Assembly (NCBI RefSeq): GCF_009914755.1
Contig: NC_060930.1
Length of the DNA: 64,000 bases
Origin: the human T2T-CHM13v2.0 reference genome, Homo sapiens
Reading direction: 5' to 3' (one strand)
Positions 47,579 to 63,780 of the stretch are shown here, in pieces. Position 1 is the first letter of the stretch; each line of letters opens with the position of its first letter. Both the position numbers and the translations under genes were made by a program. The notes under the pieces are model-generated. The model was not told the DNA's origin. It saw only the letters and a list, made by a program, of their open reading frames with translations, and made no database searches.

Positions 47579-47993
47579 TAATGTTTCACATGGTACAAAA
47601 GCTTCTATAATTTACTGTAAACAGAAACTGATCAGTGATTATTTTTCCATCATTAATAATTGCAATTTGAAGGAGATATGAAATCAAAGCAGTGGTTGCA
47701 AAAACTGACAAACTAATTGTTTTGAAAAACAGATTAAAGAGAATCTACTCACTATTGCTGCAAAGAAAAACAGGTGTCTGAAATGTAGTTGCCAAGAGAA
47801 AAATAACTGGTTTAATCTGGTTTTAAGGAAATGAGGAGTGGGGGATTTAAAATTTTTGGACAGGGGCTGGTCATGGTGGCTCACACCTGTAATCCCAGCA
47901 CCTTGGGAGGCCAAGGTAGGAGGATCACTTGACCCCAGGAGTTTGAGACCAGCCCAGGTAATATAGTGATACCTCTTCTCTACAAAAAAATTA

Positions 47994-48182
<189 letters not shown>

Positions 48183-48350
48183 TTATGGTATTTTGATATG
48201 GATTTTTTTTTCTTTAAATTCTACTATAAATGTCTTATCTAATTATATTACAAGTCCCTTATGGAACAAGATAGGAGAGGGCAATGCCAATGGCTCCACA
48301 ATCTCCATAGTTATCACTAAAATAGAAATCCTAAATGCTAAGACATCTTT

Positions 48351-48960
<610 letters not shown>

Positions 48961-50078
48961 AAAGAAAAAATATATCTTTGCGGGGCTAGAGAAAATGAGA
49001 GATTTAGTGCATTCAGTGATGTTGTATGGCATATTTTACCAAAAAAGAGCTAATGTAAAGTCGCAGGGTAGGAGATGCAGCATCTGCCCAAGAAAGGGGT
49101 ACAGGAAAGAGAAAACACAGCAACATCTGTTTTCTAAATGTGCCAATGTGAAAAAGTCTCAGAGCCAGTTTGCTAGGGTCATGGGAAGGAACTAGCAGCA
49201 AAAATTGACTACCAAAAATAAATAAATAAACGAATAAAGGAGTCTGGCTTTGTCAGTAAAAAAATAACAATACTATATACAAAAAATTTCTATATTCAAG
49301 GCTCAAAAAAGAAAATTCTGGACTCAATATGCAGAAAAATGGCTGAAGCATCTATGTGTAATAAGAAGAAATGACTAAAAGGGCAAACCTTGGAAAGGAG
49401 AATCATGACATGAGAAGAAAGACTTTTTTCTTTTTAAAGGGAAGTAATGATATGTGATCATGCAAATGCAAATGTCTGTGGACATTACTGTTTGCTGGTG
49501 GGAAGAGAATTTTAATGTGTGCTCTATGCAAATGCATTTTATAATAAAACAAATGTGCAAGGACTTCTGGGGGTGAAGAGGACAGAGGAGAGCAGCAGCT
49601 GCTAAATGCTGATGTCTGAGAGGCATTGGAGGATAGAGCCAGAACGTGACACTCTGGAACCCTGAGCAAATTCTAGCAGGGAGGATGAGTCAAAAACCCT
49701 ATCCTTATAAAAAATCTCTTACATTTGACAGAGAACTGGATGGCTAATGAATTAATATCTGGAAGATCTTTTTTTTTTTTTACCAAGTGCTTAAGCATGA
49801 GCAATTATTTCTCTGTGCTTAGAATGATCCTCATAAGAGGACATTTAAAAAACCAGCAAAAACCTCCCTTTTGTGTGTTGAGTCATGAGACAAATGATAT
49901 GAAATGCACAATAAAGCCTAGAGAAAGACCAGTGCAGAGACAGTGCACCTGTAGTCGCAGCTACTTGGGAGGTGGAGATGGGAGGATCTCTTGAGCCCAG
50001 GAGTTCGAGGCTGTAGCCACTGCACTCTAGACTGGACAACATAGTGAGACCTTATATCTAAAAAAAAAAAAAAAAAAA

Positions 50079-50126
50079 GAAGAAGAAGAAGGAGAAGGAG
50101 AAGGAGAAGACGAAGAGAAGAAGAAA
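50079..50126 (+). repeat. (GAA)/(GGAGAA) repeat derived from an Alu tail
   Basis: Read directly after the A-run. Confidence 0.9.
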
Positions 50127-51411
50127 GACTAGAGATAAATATAATGCAAGCTATTATAAACTACTTAGTGTCTTTGTATCAAAATGAGCGCGAATGTCAA
50201 AGCTCATTTACGGCACAGTCCTAGGCACTGGTGAAAGAATGAACAGAAGGCAGGCTCTACAATGCTGAACAGTCTGGTTTTGACCAACTGATGGTTATTC
50301 ATATCTATATATCTGAAGCAATTATTAAAAAGAAACTGGGAAAAAGTCTGTGTCTCTGTGACGGAGATATTTAAACAAGCCATTTTGAAAATGTTAAAAA
50401 ATTAAAATTGTAGAAAGTCGAACCATAGGTGCCATGTTTTGCCTGAAGTGGTAAAAATACCATCTGCCTCAGTCTTTTTAGCAGCATGCTTATTTCAAGT
50501 AGCAGTAGGCTAAACTACAGGCATACGCTCAGCTCCAGCTGGGGAAAATACACAGACGTTTGTCGATGTTTTTCTAAGCAAGAGTAGTCAACATATTCGT
50601 TTTCTTTTAGATATATATATATTAGTTACCATGGCAAACCAAACGTGAATGTGGTCCGAGAGCCTTCTCCACCAGTCCCAACACATCTCCAAGAATTCCT
50701 ACAATTCAATAGGTGGCACTCTTCCCTCTAGCACTGAGCTGAAGCGGCTCTGCCTAACCTTGAGGCCAGAAGCCTAAAGAGCTGGAACAGTCTGAGATGT
50801 GCACCTAGGGCTGCAGGACAGTCACTGGAATTAAGATCCCCACAGCATTGTGCACTGGAGCAAAAGTGTTAGCTTCCTGGTCACACTTCACTTCTGGTAA
50901 TTACATTCCATCTAATACAACTTCTGCAGTTTTAACTAGGTAAGATATTCCTTGTTTTTCCATCTTAAAAGCGACTAAGGTAGGATTGCCTTACACAGTT
51001 AAACAGCTTCCATCTTTGCCCACTGCCCAGGTGAGTGAGTTTCAGCAATGAGGAGAGTGACTTCCAGTGCTGTGTTAACTACTTTAAGAGACAGGGAGAG
51101 ATGTAATGAATTAATAGTTGTCAAGTGCTTTGATATCTTAGGATGAAAGGTACTACAGCAGTGTAAAGCATTCATATCCAGGCTCTATCACAACAGGAAC
51201 TCAATTAAAAAGTAATTCAATTTCTAGCTGAGTGTCTGTGTACAGACCACTATTTTGCTGAATGAGACACACATGTTGAAGGTCCAGTTGAGAATGATTT
51301 TAAAATGATCACCTCTTCCACACTCTCCCCTACTACCTCACCATCTGAAACCGACAAAATTGAGTGATGGGCCATAAAGCCACAGAGTGCATGACTGAAA
51401 TAATTATATAG

Positions 51412-51744
51412 TTTTTTTTTTACTCTTTATTATTTTAAGTTCTGGGATACATGTGCAGAACGTGCAGGTTTGTTACACAGGTATACATGTGCCATGGTGG
51501 TTTGTGCACCTATTGACCCGCTCTCTAAGTTCCCTCCTTTCGCGCCCCCCTACCCCCCAACAGGCCCTGGTGTGTGTTGTTCCCCTCCCTGTGTCCATGT
51601 GTTCTCATTGTTCAACTCCCACTTATGAGTGAGAACATGCGGTGTTTGGTTTTCTGTTCCTGTGTTAGTTTGCTGAGAATGATGGCTTCTAGCTTCATCC
51701 GTATCCCTGCAAAGGACATGATCTCATGCCTTTTTATGGCTGCA
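51412..51744 (-). mobile_element. 5'-truncated L1PA (older, L1PA7/8-like) 3' end
   Basis: ttttaagttctgggatacatgtgcagaacgtgcaggtttgttac... is L1 3'UTR sequence, preceded by a T-rich tail. Confidence 0.85.
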
Positions 51745-52489
51745 CACTTTCTTGATATCTGACTTTTCAGACAAAATTTGGCTTTTGAGTTTACAAATAC
51801 CTATCACTTGGAAATAAAGAAATTTCCAGCAATAAATGAATTTCACAATAGTCTCCTGAAATGGCTGCTGAGTTTTTCAAATACTATTTTACAAATAACT
51901 CCTACCAGGGGAACCCTAAGCCACTAAGTGTGATGCCTATATTAGCCTGAACATCATGACCACAAAAAGCAGAGCACACAAAGCAGGGAGGAGTAGACTT
52001 CAGGTCATGAGATGCATTGCCAAGAGTCCATAACATACTGCATAAGGCATAATACTGCAGACATCTCCCCAAGACTTAGTAGAGAAAGATATAATCTTTC
52101 TTCTCTATGTTACTTGGATTTAAGTCTGTTTAAGGCTGACAGGTCTGGATTAACTACCTAAATCGAGTTATGTCTTTAAATATCAGAATAGCACTACATA
52201 TTCAAGGAGGGGTGGGTTTCTATTTACTGGCATGAGAAATACTATTACTGGGCACTTGAAAAGACAACCTTAGGCAACTTTGGGATGGAATGTATTACAC
52301 AGTCAATATACTCTTAAGGCCCGGTGTGGTGGCTCACGCCTGTAATTCCAACACTTTGGGAGGCCGAGGTGGGCAGATCACCTGAGGTCGGGAGTTTGAG
52401 ACCAGCCTGACCAACATGGAGAAACCCCATCTCTACTAAAAATACAAAAATTAGCTGGGTGTGGTGGCGCATGCCTATAATCCCAGCTA

Positions 52490-52597
<108 letters not shown>

Positions 52598-53497
52598 TCA
52601 AAAAAAAAAAAAAACCTCTTAAAATGACTAATTTGAGTCTACGGTCCTTGATCCCAGACCTCTCCTAACCTCCTGTACGTCTCCTAACATAACACGAATG
52701 TAATACTCATGCACACATGTTTGTCAAGCACTCCTATGTAAGCCTGTGCTAGGGAGGGTGATGCAACCATGAGCAAGGCCACCGAAGCACCTGCCGTTAG
52801 ATCTTTTACATGCTAGTGGAAGAAGAAATAAACATGCACTTAAATACAAACTGATAATTTTATGTTATGATAAATGTTAAGGAGAAAAAAACAGAGCAAA
52901 GGTGGAGTGGCTACTTTAGATAGGGAAGCTGGAGTCAAGGGAGCTTGTGATGGCAAACCCTGGCAGTCGTGTTCATGATGGTTGTCTTGGCACTAGCATA
53001 GTGCCTCCAATATATTAACATCAAATAAAGGCTGGGTGAGGTAGCTCATGCCTGGAATCCCAGCACTCTGGGAGGCTGAGGCGGGCAGATCGCTTTGAGT
53101 TCAGGAGTTCGAGACCAGCCTGAGCAATGTGGTAAAACCCCATCTCTACAAAAAATACAAAAATTAGCTGCGCATTGGTGGCTTGCACTTGTAGTTCCAG
53201 CTACTTGGGAGGCTGAGGCTGGAGAATCACTTGACCCCAGGAAGCGGAAGTTTCAGTGAGCTAAGGTTGTGCCACTGCACTCCAATTTGGGTGACAGAGT
53301 GAGACCCTGTCTCAAAAAAAAAAAAATTTAAATTTAAAAATAAATAAATGTCGGTTGGGTGAAGGAGTGTGTCTGGACCTCAGGATAAGAATGTCTCCTC
53401 CCAGATTTAGAATGGGCCTAGGGAATAGAACAGCACTACTCTAAACTGCTCGTTCTGCACTGAGGAAACTAAGAAAAGACCAAAGAGATTAAGTGAA

Positions 53498-54614
<1,117 letters not shown>

Positions 54615-55329
54615 GTGACTGTTACCAGATTTTGCATTGAGTTGGTGGCAGAGCCATTGCTTGGTCCAGGGGTGCTCTTATTTGTGCACCATATTTTTCT
54701 CTTTGCCATTTTCCAGTGGAAATCTCTTCCATTGTCAAGTGCTTCTGTGATAAGAAACCCCAGAGGCATTCTTTGAGTCATAAAAAAAGCATCACCAGTC
54801 TGGGTAACAGCGAGACCTCGTTCCTTAAAATTAAATAAATAAAGAAAGAAAGAAACAAATAAAAAAAAATAGCCGGGTGTGGTGACACATATCTGTAGTC
54901 CTAGTTACCTGGGAGTCTGAGGCAAGAGGATCATTTGAGCCCAGGAGTGGGAGGCTGCAGTAAGCTATGATTGTGACACTGCACTCCAGCCTGAGTGACA
55001 GAGTGAGACCCTATCTCTAAAAAAAAAAAACAAAAATAACCAAAATAAGCATCAATGTTCAATTGTCACTCTTTTCCCTTATCTTTTTATTCATATGTTA
55101 GCTTTCTGTCACTACCACAGTAAAAATCCCAGTCTTTATCTTCAAACTAGTTTACTACAACCTTCCTAAGCAATCTTCTTAACCCTGCTGATATCCTCAA
55201 ACTGTGTCAAACGCTTTCCTTTCCTCTCTGCCTTGAGAACCAATGCCCTATCCCCCGATTTTCTCCTGCAGCAGGTTGCTTCTCCCCAACTTACTGCGTG
55301 TGTTTTCTATTTTCTTACTCATGGCCTCT

Positions 55330-56479
<1,150 letters not shown>

Positions 56480-56480
<1 letters not shown>

Positions 56481-56995
56481 GGGACTGCAACCTTCCTAAT
56501 GCAATATATGGACTTTGGGTGATAACGACGCACCAATGTAGACTCATCAATTTTTTTTTCTTTGAGACAGGGTCTTACTCTGTCACCCGGGCTGGAGTGC
56601 AGCAGCATGATCTCAGCTCACTGAAACCTCTGCTCCCAGGCTTAAGCAATCCTCCCATCTCAGCCTCCCAGGTAGCTGCAACTACAAGTGCTCATCACCA
56701 CACCCAGCTAATTTTTACACTGTTTTGTACAGACAGGGTTTCACCATATTATCCAGGCTGGTCTTGAACTTCTGGGCTCAAGTGGTCCTCCCACCTCAGC
56801 CTCTCAAAATGCTGGGATTAGAGGTATGAGCCACTGCACCTGGCCTTAGATTCATCAATTGTAACAATGTGCTTCTCTGGTGTGGGATGCTGATGGTGAG
56901 GGAGGCTGCATGTGTTTGGGGTCAGGGGCTATAGGAACTCTACTTTTCACTCACTTTTGCTGTCAACCTAAAACTGCTGTAAAAAATAAAGTCAT
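56480..56995 (+). mobile_element. L1MC-like 3' end split by an AluJ (~56551-56845)
   Basis: tatggactttgggtgataa..ttttgctgtcaacctaaaactgct..aaaataaagtc; Alu TSD (a/t)tcatcaatt. Confidence 0.65.
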
Positions 56996-57230
56996 TAAAC
57001 AACAGCAACAGAAAGGCCAGAGATGTCAGAAAAGATGTTTAGTTTAGTTTAAGATGCACTGGGCTCTCATGCCTGTGGGAGACCCAAGAGGGTAAGTCCA
57101 CAGCCTGCGTTTGGGTATATGATGAGGCTCAAGTACACATCTAAGACCGAGTGGCAGATATGGAAGCCCTTGGTTTACAGGTGCTCCTATTATCTAGTTT
57201 TTCTTGAAGGAGGCAGATAAAAGGAGAGAC

Positions 57231-57733
57231 GGTCCCAACACTCCTCATGGGAGGGAGAGAAAGGACTTGACAGCCTCTGAGACCCCAAAAGCTGCAGAGT
57301 CTGAGACCCCAGGGAAAGGCCCAGGGAAAAAGTCAAAAATCAAAGAAGAGGCAGTGAAGGAAAAAAAATCCTTAACTGGGGAGAAAAGACCTGAGACAGA
57401 CTCCAAAAAAGCCAGAGACCAAGTTATTTGCTGCTCCTAGTAAATCTGTAAGAAAAGCTTCCCACACCCTACCGCAAATGGCCCCCAAACCCCAAAAACC
57501 AAAGTATCCCTGTCAACCTAAATTCAGTGATTCAACCAGAAGGAAACATCAGAGCTACCTGAAGAACTTTTTAGAAACACTCAGGTCCTGACCTGCTTTG
57601 CAACCTTCTCCAAGCGGGAGACCCGGACTTACGGATTTTTTAAAACCTCCATAGGTAATTCTGACATATGTTCCTGGGTATAAGAACCAGTGGTTCAAAG
57701 TAAATCTATTTTGTAATTGTTAAAAAAAAAAAA
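57231..57733 (+). pseudogene. RSL1D1: 5'-truncated processed pseudogene of RSL1D1 (C-terminal coding part + 3'UTR + poly-A)
   Basis: Translation ASETPKAAESETPGKGPGKKSKIKEEAVKEK and, after frameshifts, [21 protein letters not shown] matches the RSL1D1 C-terminus as I recall it. TAA at 57519-57521, AGTAAA at 57699-57704, A-tail at 57722-57733, TSD aa(g/a)gagagac at 57221-57230 and 57731-57740. Confidence 0.85.
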
Positions 57734-57824
57734 GAGAGACTTTATTTTCAGCAAGGAAAGAAGAGTAAAGGTGGGGGCCATGGGTGTGCCCCACTAGGCT
57801 GCCAGGAGAGTGCGAGGTTCCAGG

Positions 57825-58031
57825 TCAGCTCTGGAGAGGCCCTTGAGGGTTTTGGTTGTCCCACGGCAAGCAGAGCCCTTCTGGGTCATGTTTCTCCCTC
57901 CCTGTCTTTGGAGTGCAGGTGTGCTCACATCCTGGATATTCCTGATTGTTGCATAAATCAGATGGTTGACATGTTCTTTTAGCCAAGCAGCTGTACACAT
58001 GCCATACACCTGCTAAATGTTCCATTTGTCC
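57825..58031 (-). CDS. PDSS2: Candidate alternative terminal exon of PDSS2 (68 aa + TGA)
   Basis: Acceptor ggtcacgttctgttttcccctcag|GGA 724 nt downstream of the 33-nt exon; phase-0 frame open for 68 codons; AATAAA at 57746-57741. No expression evidence available here. Confidence 0.45.
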   Translation of the reverse strand, partial: GQMEHLAGVWHVYSCLAKRTCQPSDLCNNQEYPGCEHTCTPKTGREKHDPEGLCLPWDNQNPQGPLQS

Positions 58032-58104
58032 CTGAGGGGAAAACAGAACGTGACCCAAGTGTGTTCCTAGGCCTGTACTGATGCACTGAAATCTGACCTC
58101 CCAC

Positions 58105-58290
58105 AGCAGTTTTTAACCAGGGCTGTGTGTCAGAATTATCTGTGGAGACATTTTCAAACCACTCCAGCCTGCCCCTGTACTGCTCTCTCCATCAGGGGAT
58201 TCTGATCTTGGTGAAAGAGGGTCTGATGCAGTGGTACCTAGGCACATGTGTTTTCAAAAGTTCCACAGGTGATGTGAGAACTCCTGCCTT
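58105..58290. mobile_element. MER5-like element
   Basis: cagcagtttttaacc..tcagaattatctgtggag..gattctgat..ttccacaggtgat. Confidence 0.55.
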
Positions 58291-58755
58291 TGAGAGCTCA
58301 AGTCTATCCTGTAAGGTGCTTTCTACTTATTATCTGATGGCCCTAAAGGTTGTCTTCCATCCACACCCCATAGCATCTTTCAACAATAGCTAGTGATTTT
58401 ACTGTTTATTTTTCCTCATCACATTTGCTGACACTTGACATTATTTATTTAGTCCTTTATTTTGTTATTGATTTTCCCCACTAGAATTGTAAATATTCTG
58501 AAAGGAAAGACTTCATCTAGTTGACCGTTGTATTCTCAATACCTAATACAATGTCTGGAATGAAACAGGTACTCAATAATAAATAGACTTCTTGTTGAAT
58601 GAACCTTATTCCACATGCTATTGGCCTGTTACTTAACAGGAAATGTCCTTCAGCTCTCAATGTGATCATTCTCTTTTGACCTTTCAAATATAAACGAAAG
58701 CCAAACACCAAATTGAAATGTGTAAAATAGTACAGTATGTATAAAATCTGCCTAC

Positions 58756-58788
58756 CTTAGCATAGTCCAATCTTCCTTTTTCTTGAGC
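58756..58788 (-). CDS. PDSS2: PDSS2 penultimate 33-nt coding exon (AQEKGRLDYAK)
   Basis: Minus strand ttttcccctcttcttttgtag|GCTCAAGAAAAAGGAAGATTGGACTATGCTAAG|gtagg. Polypyrimidine tract, AG/GT boundaries, phase 0/0; joins in frame to LRERIK. Confidence 0.95.
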
Positions 58789-59587
58789 CTACAAAAGAAG
58801 AGGGGAAAATTAATTTGTTACTTCTCTAAAAGTTTAGTGCTTCTATAATTTTTGCTTCTCAAAGAATAGAACTCAGCTTCTCTGTCCCCCTTTCCCTCTC
58901 TCTATTTAATATACATATTGAACTATATATTATAATCCATGTAAATTGCAAGCATATAGAAAAGTTAAACGAACAGATCACTGAGCACGCATAGACACTA
59001 CCTAGATCTGGCAGGAGTGGATGTCACGACTCTTAATGTCACATGCTTCAGCATGTATCTTATACATATACAGCATCTCATACATCACCCCATGACCACA
59101 ATCAAAATTAATGAACTCACAATAATGCCATATCATCTAACACAAACCTATATTCAAACTTCTTCAACTGTTCCAAGAATATCTTTTATAGCTTTTTTCC
59201 CCAAAACCAGAATTAATCAAGATTCACACATTGCATTCTGGTTTTTGTGCCTCTTTTGTTGCCTTTTATTTATTATTATCATTTCTTCTTTTTTGCCTAG
59301 ACTAGTCTCTCCCAATTTTTAACAAAATGAAAATAAAAGCCATGCTTCTTTTCATAAAAACCATTGACTTTTTGAGAAGACAAGGATAGCTGTTTTATAA
59401 AATCCCTTTTTCTTCTTTCTTCATTGCGTCATTTAACTTGTTTCTGTTTTGCTTGTAAACTGAAAGTTGGGTCTGGAGAAGGCTGCTAAGATTTAGGTTA
59501 AACATTTTTGGCAAAAATACTTTATGTGGAAATATTACATACTCCATCAATTCAGGAGGCACAAAATGTCAGGCTGTTTCACTCTTA

Positions 59588-59902
<315 letters not shown>

Positions 59903-61517
59903 TTAACATAACAACCAGGGTTAGTTTTTGCTGGCAGGTCAGTTTGTGTTTTGCAGACTTCAGAATAAAATTTCTCCTGCCACTTCTGCATAGAACAAGA
60001 GTCCTCCAACTTACAAACGGGTTAGGTCTCAAGACCATTTTGTTCCTGAGTCCAAATTTACATTATACAGGTAATTAACATAGGCAGATTACTTCCGTGA
60101 GAGAAAAAAAAAGTTTATAATATTGGTCCTAAAGCTGGGCACAGTGGCTCATGCGTGTAATCCCAGCACCTTGGGAGGCCAAGGCAAGAGGATTGTTTGA
60201 GCCCGTGAGTTCAAGACCAGTTGTGGCAACATAGTGAGACTCCATCTCTACAAAAAATAAAAAAAATTAGCTGGGTGTGGTGGTATGCACCTGTAGTCCT
60301 AGCTACTTGGGAGGCTGAGGTGAGAGGACTGCCTGAGCCTGGGAGGTTGAGGCTGTAGTGAGCCATAGTTGCACCACTACACTCCAACCTGGGTGACAGA
60401 GTGAGATCCTGTCTCAAAAAAAAAAAAAAAAAAAATGGTCCTGACCCTTCTTGCTGCTTTAGAATCTTTTAAAAATTTTTCTGAAGATGACTCCATTTTT
60501 TTTTTTTTTTTTGAGATGCAGTCTTGCTCTGTCGTCCAGGCTGGAGTGCAGTGGTGTATCTCGGCTCACTGCAAACTCCCCCTCCAAGGTTCAAGGGATT
60601 CTCCTGTCTCAGCCTCCTGAGTAGCTGGGATTACAGGCACCCACCACCACGCCCGGCTAATTTTTGTATTTTTAGTAGAGACAAGGTATCGCCATGTTGG
60701 CCAGGCTGGTCTTGAACTCCTGACCTCATGTGATCCACCCACCTCAGCCTCCCAAAGTGTTGGGATTACAGGCGTGAGCCACTGCGCCCAGCCCTTGTTT
60801 TTCTTATTTTCATAGTAAGAAACTTATAAAACACTGTTCATGCACAGTTGTTGGCACCACCACAAACCACTCTAAAATTGTGATTAAATATTTTCAGTGA
60901 AACAAAAGGCCTCTGCAACCAATCTACTATAAAAAGAGTAAGGTCTTCAGTCTGCTTTTTGAAGTTTTTTAGTGTTCTAGGATTTTCAGAGAACTAAGAA
61001 GAGTTTGAACTTAGTACTGAGATGCATTGTACCAACAGGAATATGAGTGAGTTCTTAAAGAAATTTCAAAACCAAGCTGTTAGTCTCTATGCTTAGATAT
61101 TTTATATTTATTCGTTTGTCTGTTTATGGGCATCTTTTCCCAAAATAGTTTTGTCTACACTGAAAATCCCACCATAGTAACTTCTGCAGAAGTGGTAGGG
61201 AAGCCCTGAACACATCTGTATTGCTCACTTATGACCTAGCTACTCACTTTGATATTGTCCAAATATGGACTGGCCTTGATCTTACGAATAATCCACAGAT
61301 GGCCTGTGACCAAAATTTCATCAGCAGCACTTTCCCAACATGCTTAGTCTTTCAGTTCTCAAACTCGCAGCTGACTCTTGAATTCATTTAGGTTAATGGA
61401 CATCTGACATTGAGGCTGATCCTGTGGTCACAAGTTTTCCACTTTTTCCACTCTCCATCCTTTTCCTTGTCTTTTGCTGACTACTATGAATTGCTCAAGT
61501 GCAGCACTTTTCAAATG

Positions 61518-62610
61518 ACACTAGGATATTCTGAAATATATATTTGGTCATAGTCCAGTTTTCTGGCATACAACTCCTAAAATCTTCAGAAACTCACCAA
61601 GTGATGCCTTTTTGTATGTTAACGAGCTGACTGATGGCTGGCAACTCCTGACTTCAGGATGGGGACTGGTCATGGCAAAGACCAAGACAGGATTAGAAGG
61701 TTAGGGCTTTCAGCCCACCCCCAAATTTCTGGGGAGGGGAGAGGGGCTGAAGGTTAACTTGATCACCAATGGCCAATGGCTTAATCAATCATACCTATGT
61801 AATGAAGCTTCCATAAAAACCCAAAAATTTGTTCCATAAAAACACAGAATTTGGAGAACTTCTGGGGAGCTGAACACATGGAGGTTTCTATATGGTGGTA
61901 CACTGGAGAGGAAATGGAAAACTCCACGCCCCTTCCCACTTGTCTTAACTTATGCATCTTCTCATCTGTGTTCTTTGTAATATTCTTTAAATAAATTGGT
62001 AAGTATAAGTGTTTCTGTTCCAAAATTCACATAGCTGTGAAAAAGAAAGTAAGTGTTTCCCTGAGTTCTGGGAGCTGCTCTAGCAAATTAACTGAACCCA
62101 AGGAAGTGGTCGTGGGAGCCCCACTTTATAGCAGGTCAATCAGAAGCACAGGTAACCTGGAGCTTGTGACTGGCATCTGAAGGTGGGGGTGGGGTAAGGG
62201 GGGGGTGCAGTCTTGAGCCCTCAACCTATAGGATCTGACACTATCTCCAGGTAGATCGTGTCAAAATATGGTACGTGCCTGTTGTCCCAGCTACTTGGGA
62301 GGTTGAAGTGAGAAGATAGCTTACGGTCAGGAGTTTGAGGCTGCAGTGAGCTATGATTGTGCCTGTGAATATCACTTCACTCCAGCCTAGGCAACAAAGT
62401 GAGACCCCCATCTCAAAAAAAAAAAAAAAAAAAAAAGAAGTGTCAAAATAGAAGTAAGTTAGAGACACTCAGCTGGTGTCAGCTTGCTGAAGTGATTGCT
62501 TGCTTGTTGATGGGGAGAAATCCTTGCATGTTGGGTCATAGAAGTGTCCTGTGTTGACTATTTTTGAGAGACTGTATCAAACACTTTTGAGTGTGTTTTC
62601 TTCCACTCAC
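61518..62610 (+). mobile_element. ERV LTR, MER21-like, with an Alu right-monomer insert at ~62270-62437
   Basis: Characteristic ggggaggggagaggggctgaaggtt..gatcaccaatggccaatg..aatcaatcat..ccataaaaaccc; the insert has TSD gtgtcaaaata. Confidence 0.7.
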
Positions 62611-63734
62611 AGAAGCACAAACTGGGAGTCCTAGAGAATTGTTCCTGAGGTCAAACAGCTCAACACTGAGCACATCTGTCATTTCCTCACTGTCAATGTT
62701 GCCTCTCTTCTAACCATCTCCTCTTCATGCTCTCTCAATATTCTCATCGTTCAGTGCTTATCATGCGGTGCTTAAGAGTGTTGAAAGTAGCATTTGTTGA
62801 AAGTTAGAAAGTTGAACTTCTGTACTTGAAGACTGAAAGGCAAACCATGGAGAAACTATGACTGACAATGACTTAGGGGTGGAATTTTCCTTTTGGCTGC
62901 ATTGAGCCACCTCCCACTCTGTCTCAAAAAAATTCAACAGGTAAGAAGAGTGAATATAATATTCTTTACTGATAAGGACATCTAGAATAGCCCTATCACA
63001 AATTCCTGTAAAACCATTTTTCCCATCCCATACTTTGTTTATAGACTAATCATCTTGGAAAATTCTAGTACTTTGAATTACCTGTGCTTAATCACAACTT
63101 ATTTGCAAACCTCAAACTCTCTCACTTTACTTTGTCTTCTTAGCTTGGCCACTACCCTGTCACCCAGTAGGGACACATTGTTGGGGATGACGGCAGAGAA
63201 ATTCCATGGATATAATCTAGATCTGCTCAACATCAGCTCTATAATGTTTTGAAAGCTGAGAGAGTAGAAGCCTACATAAAATGACAACACCGTTACCACA
63301 GCCATTATAATCTGAACATGCAACTATTGATATGTGGCTCACCCGAATATCCTTTTCATTTTGTCACAATAAATGTTCTAGCTCTATGAAATCATTTTAC
63401 TCTTGATCACTTTAGCTTGTACATAAAAGTATCATTTATTTTAGGAAAAAACTCTGGTAAATATTTAAACTTCTATAGGTATATAATACATATATGTTTC
63501 CAGCTGATACATGGGTATAATATCTAAATATGCCAAACATACCTGACAACAGACATTCTGATATGGTGTTTTCTCACAAAAAGCTTTAGAGCTTTTAAAA
63601 ATATACTGACCAGGCACGGTGGCTCATGCCGGTAATTCCAACACTTTGGGAGACCAAGGCGGGCAGATCACATGAGCACAAGAGTTTGAGATCAGCTTGG
63701 GCAACATGGTGAGAAACCTGTCTCTACAAACAAT

Positions 63735-63779
<45 letters not shown>
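63735..63779 (+). repeat. (AAC)15 in the middle A-rich linker of an Alu (63608-63960)
   Basis: Read directly. Confidence 0.95.

Positions 63780-63780
<1 letters not shown>

Noticed and set aside
63099-63323. 74-aa minus-strand ORF with a ttttatgtag acceptor-like site as a PDSS2 exon
   Set aside because: It does not resemble PDSS2 in any frame. The preceding true exon (ending ..IKQIGE, from recall) is not in this window.
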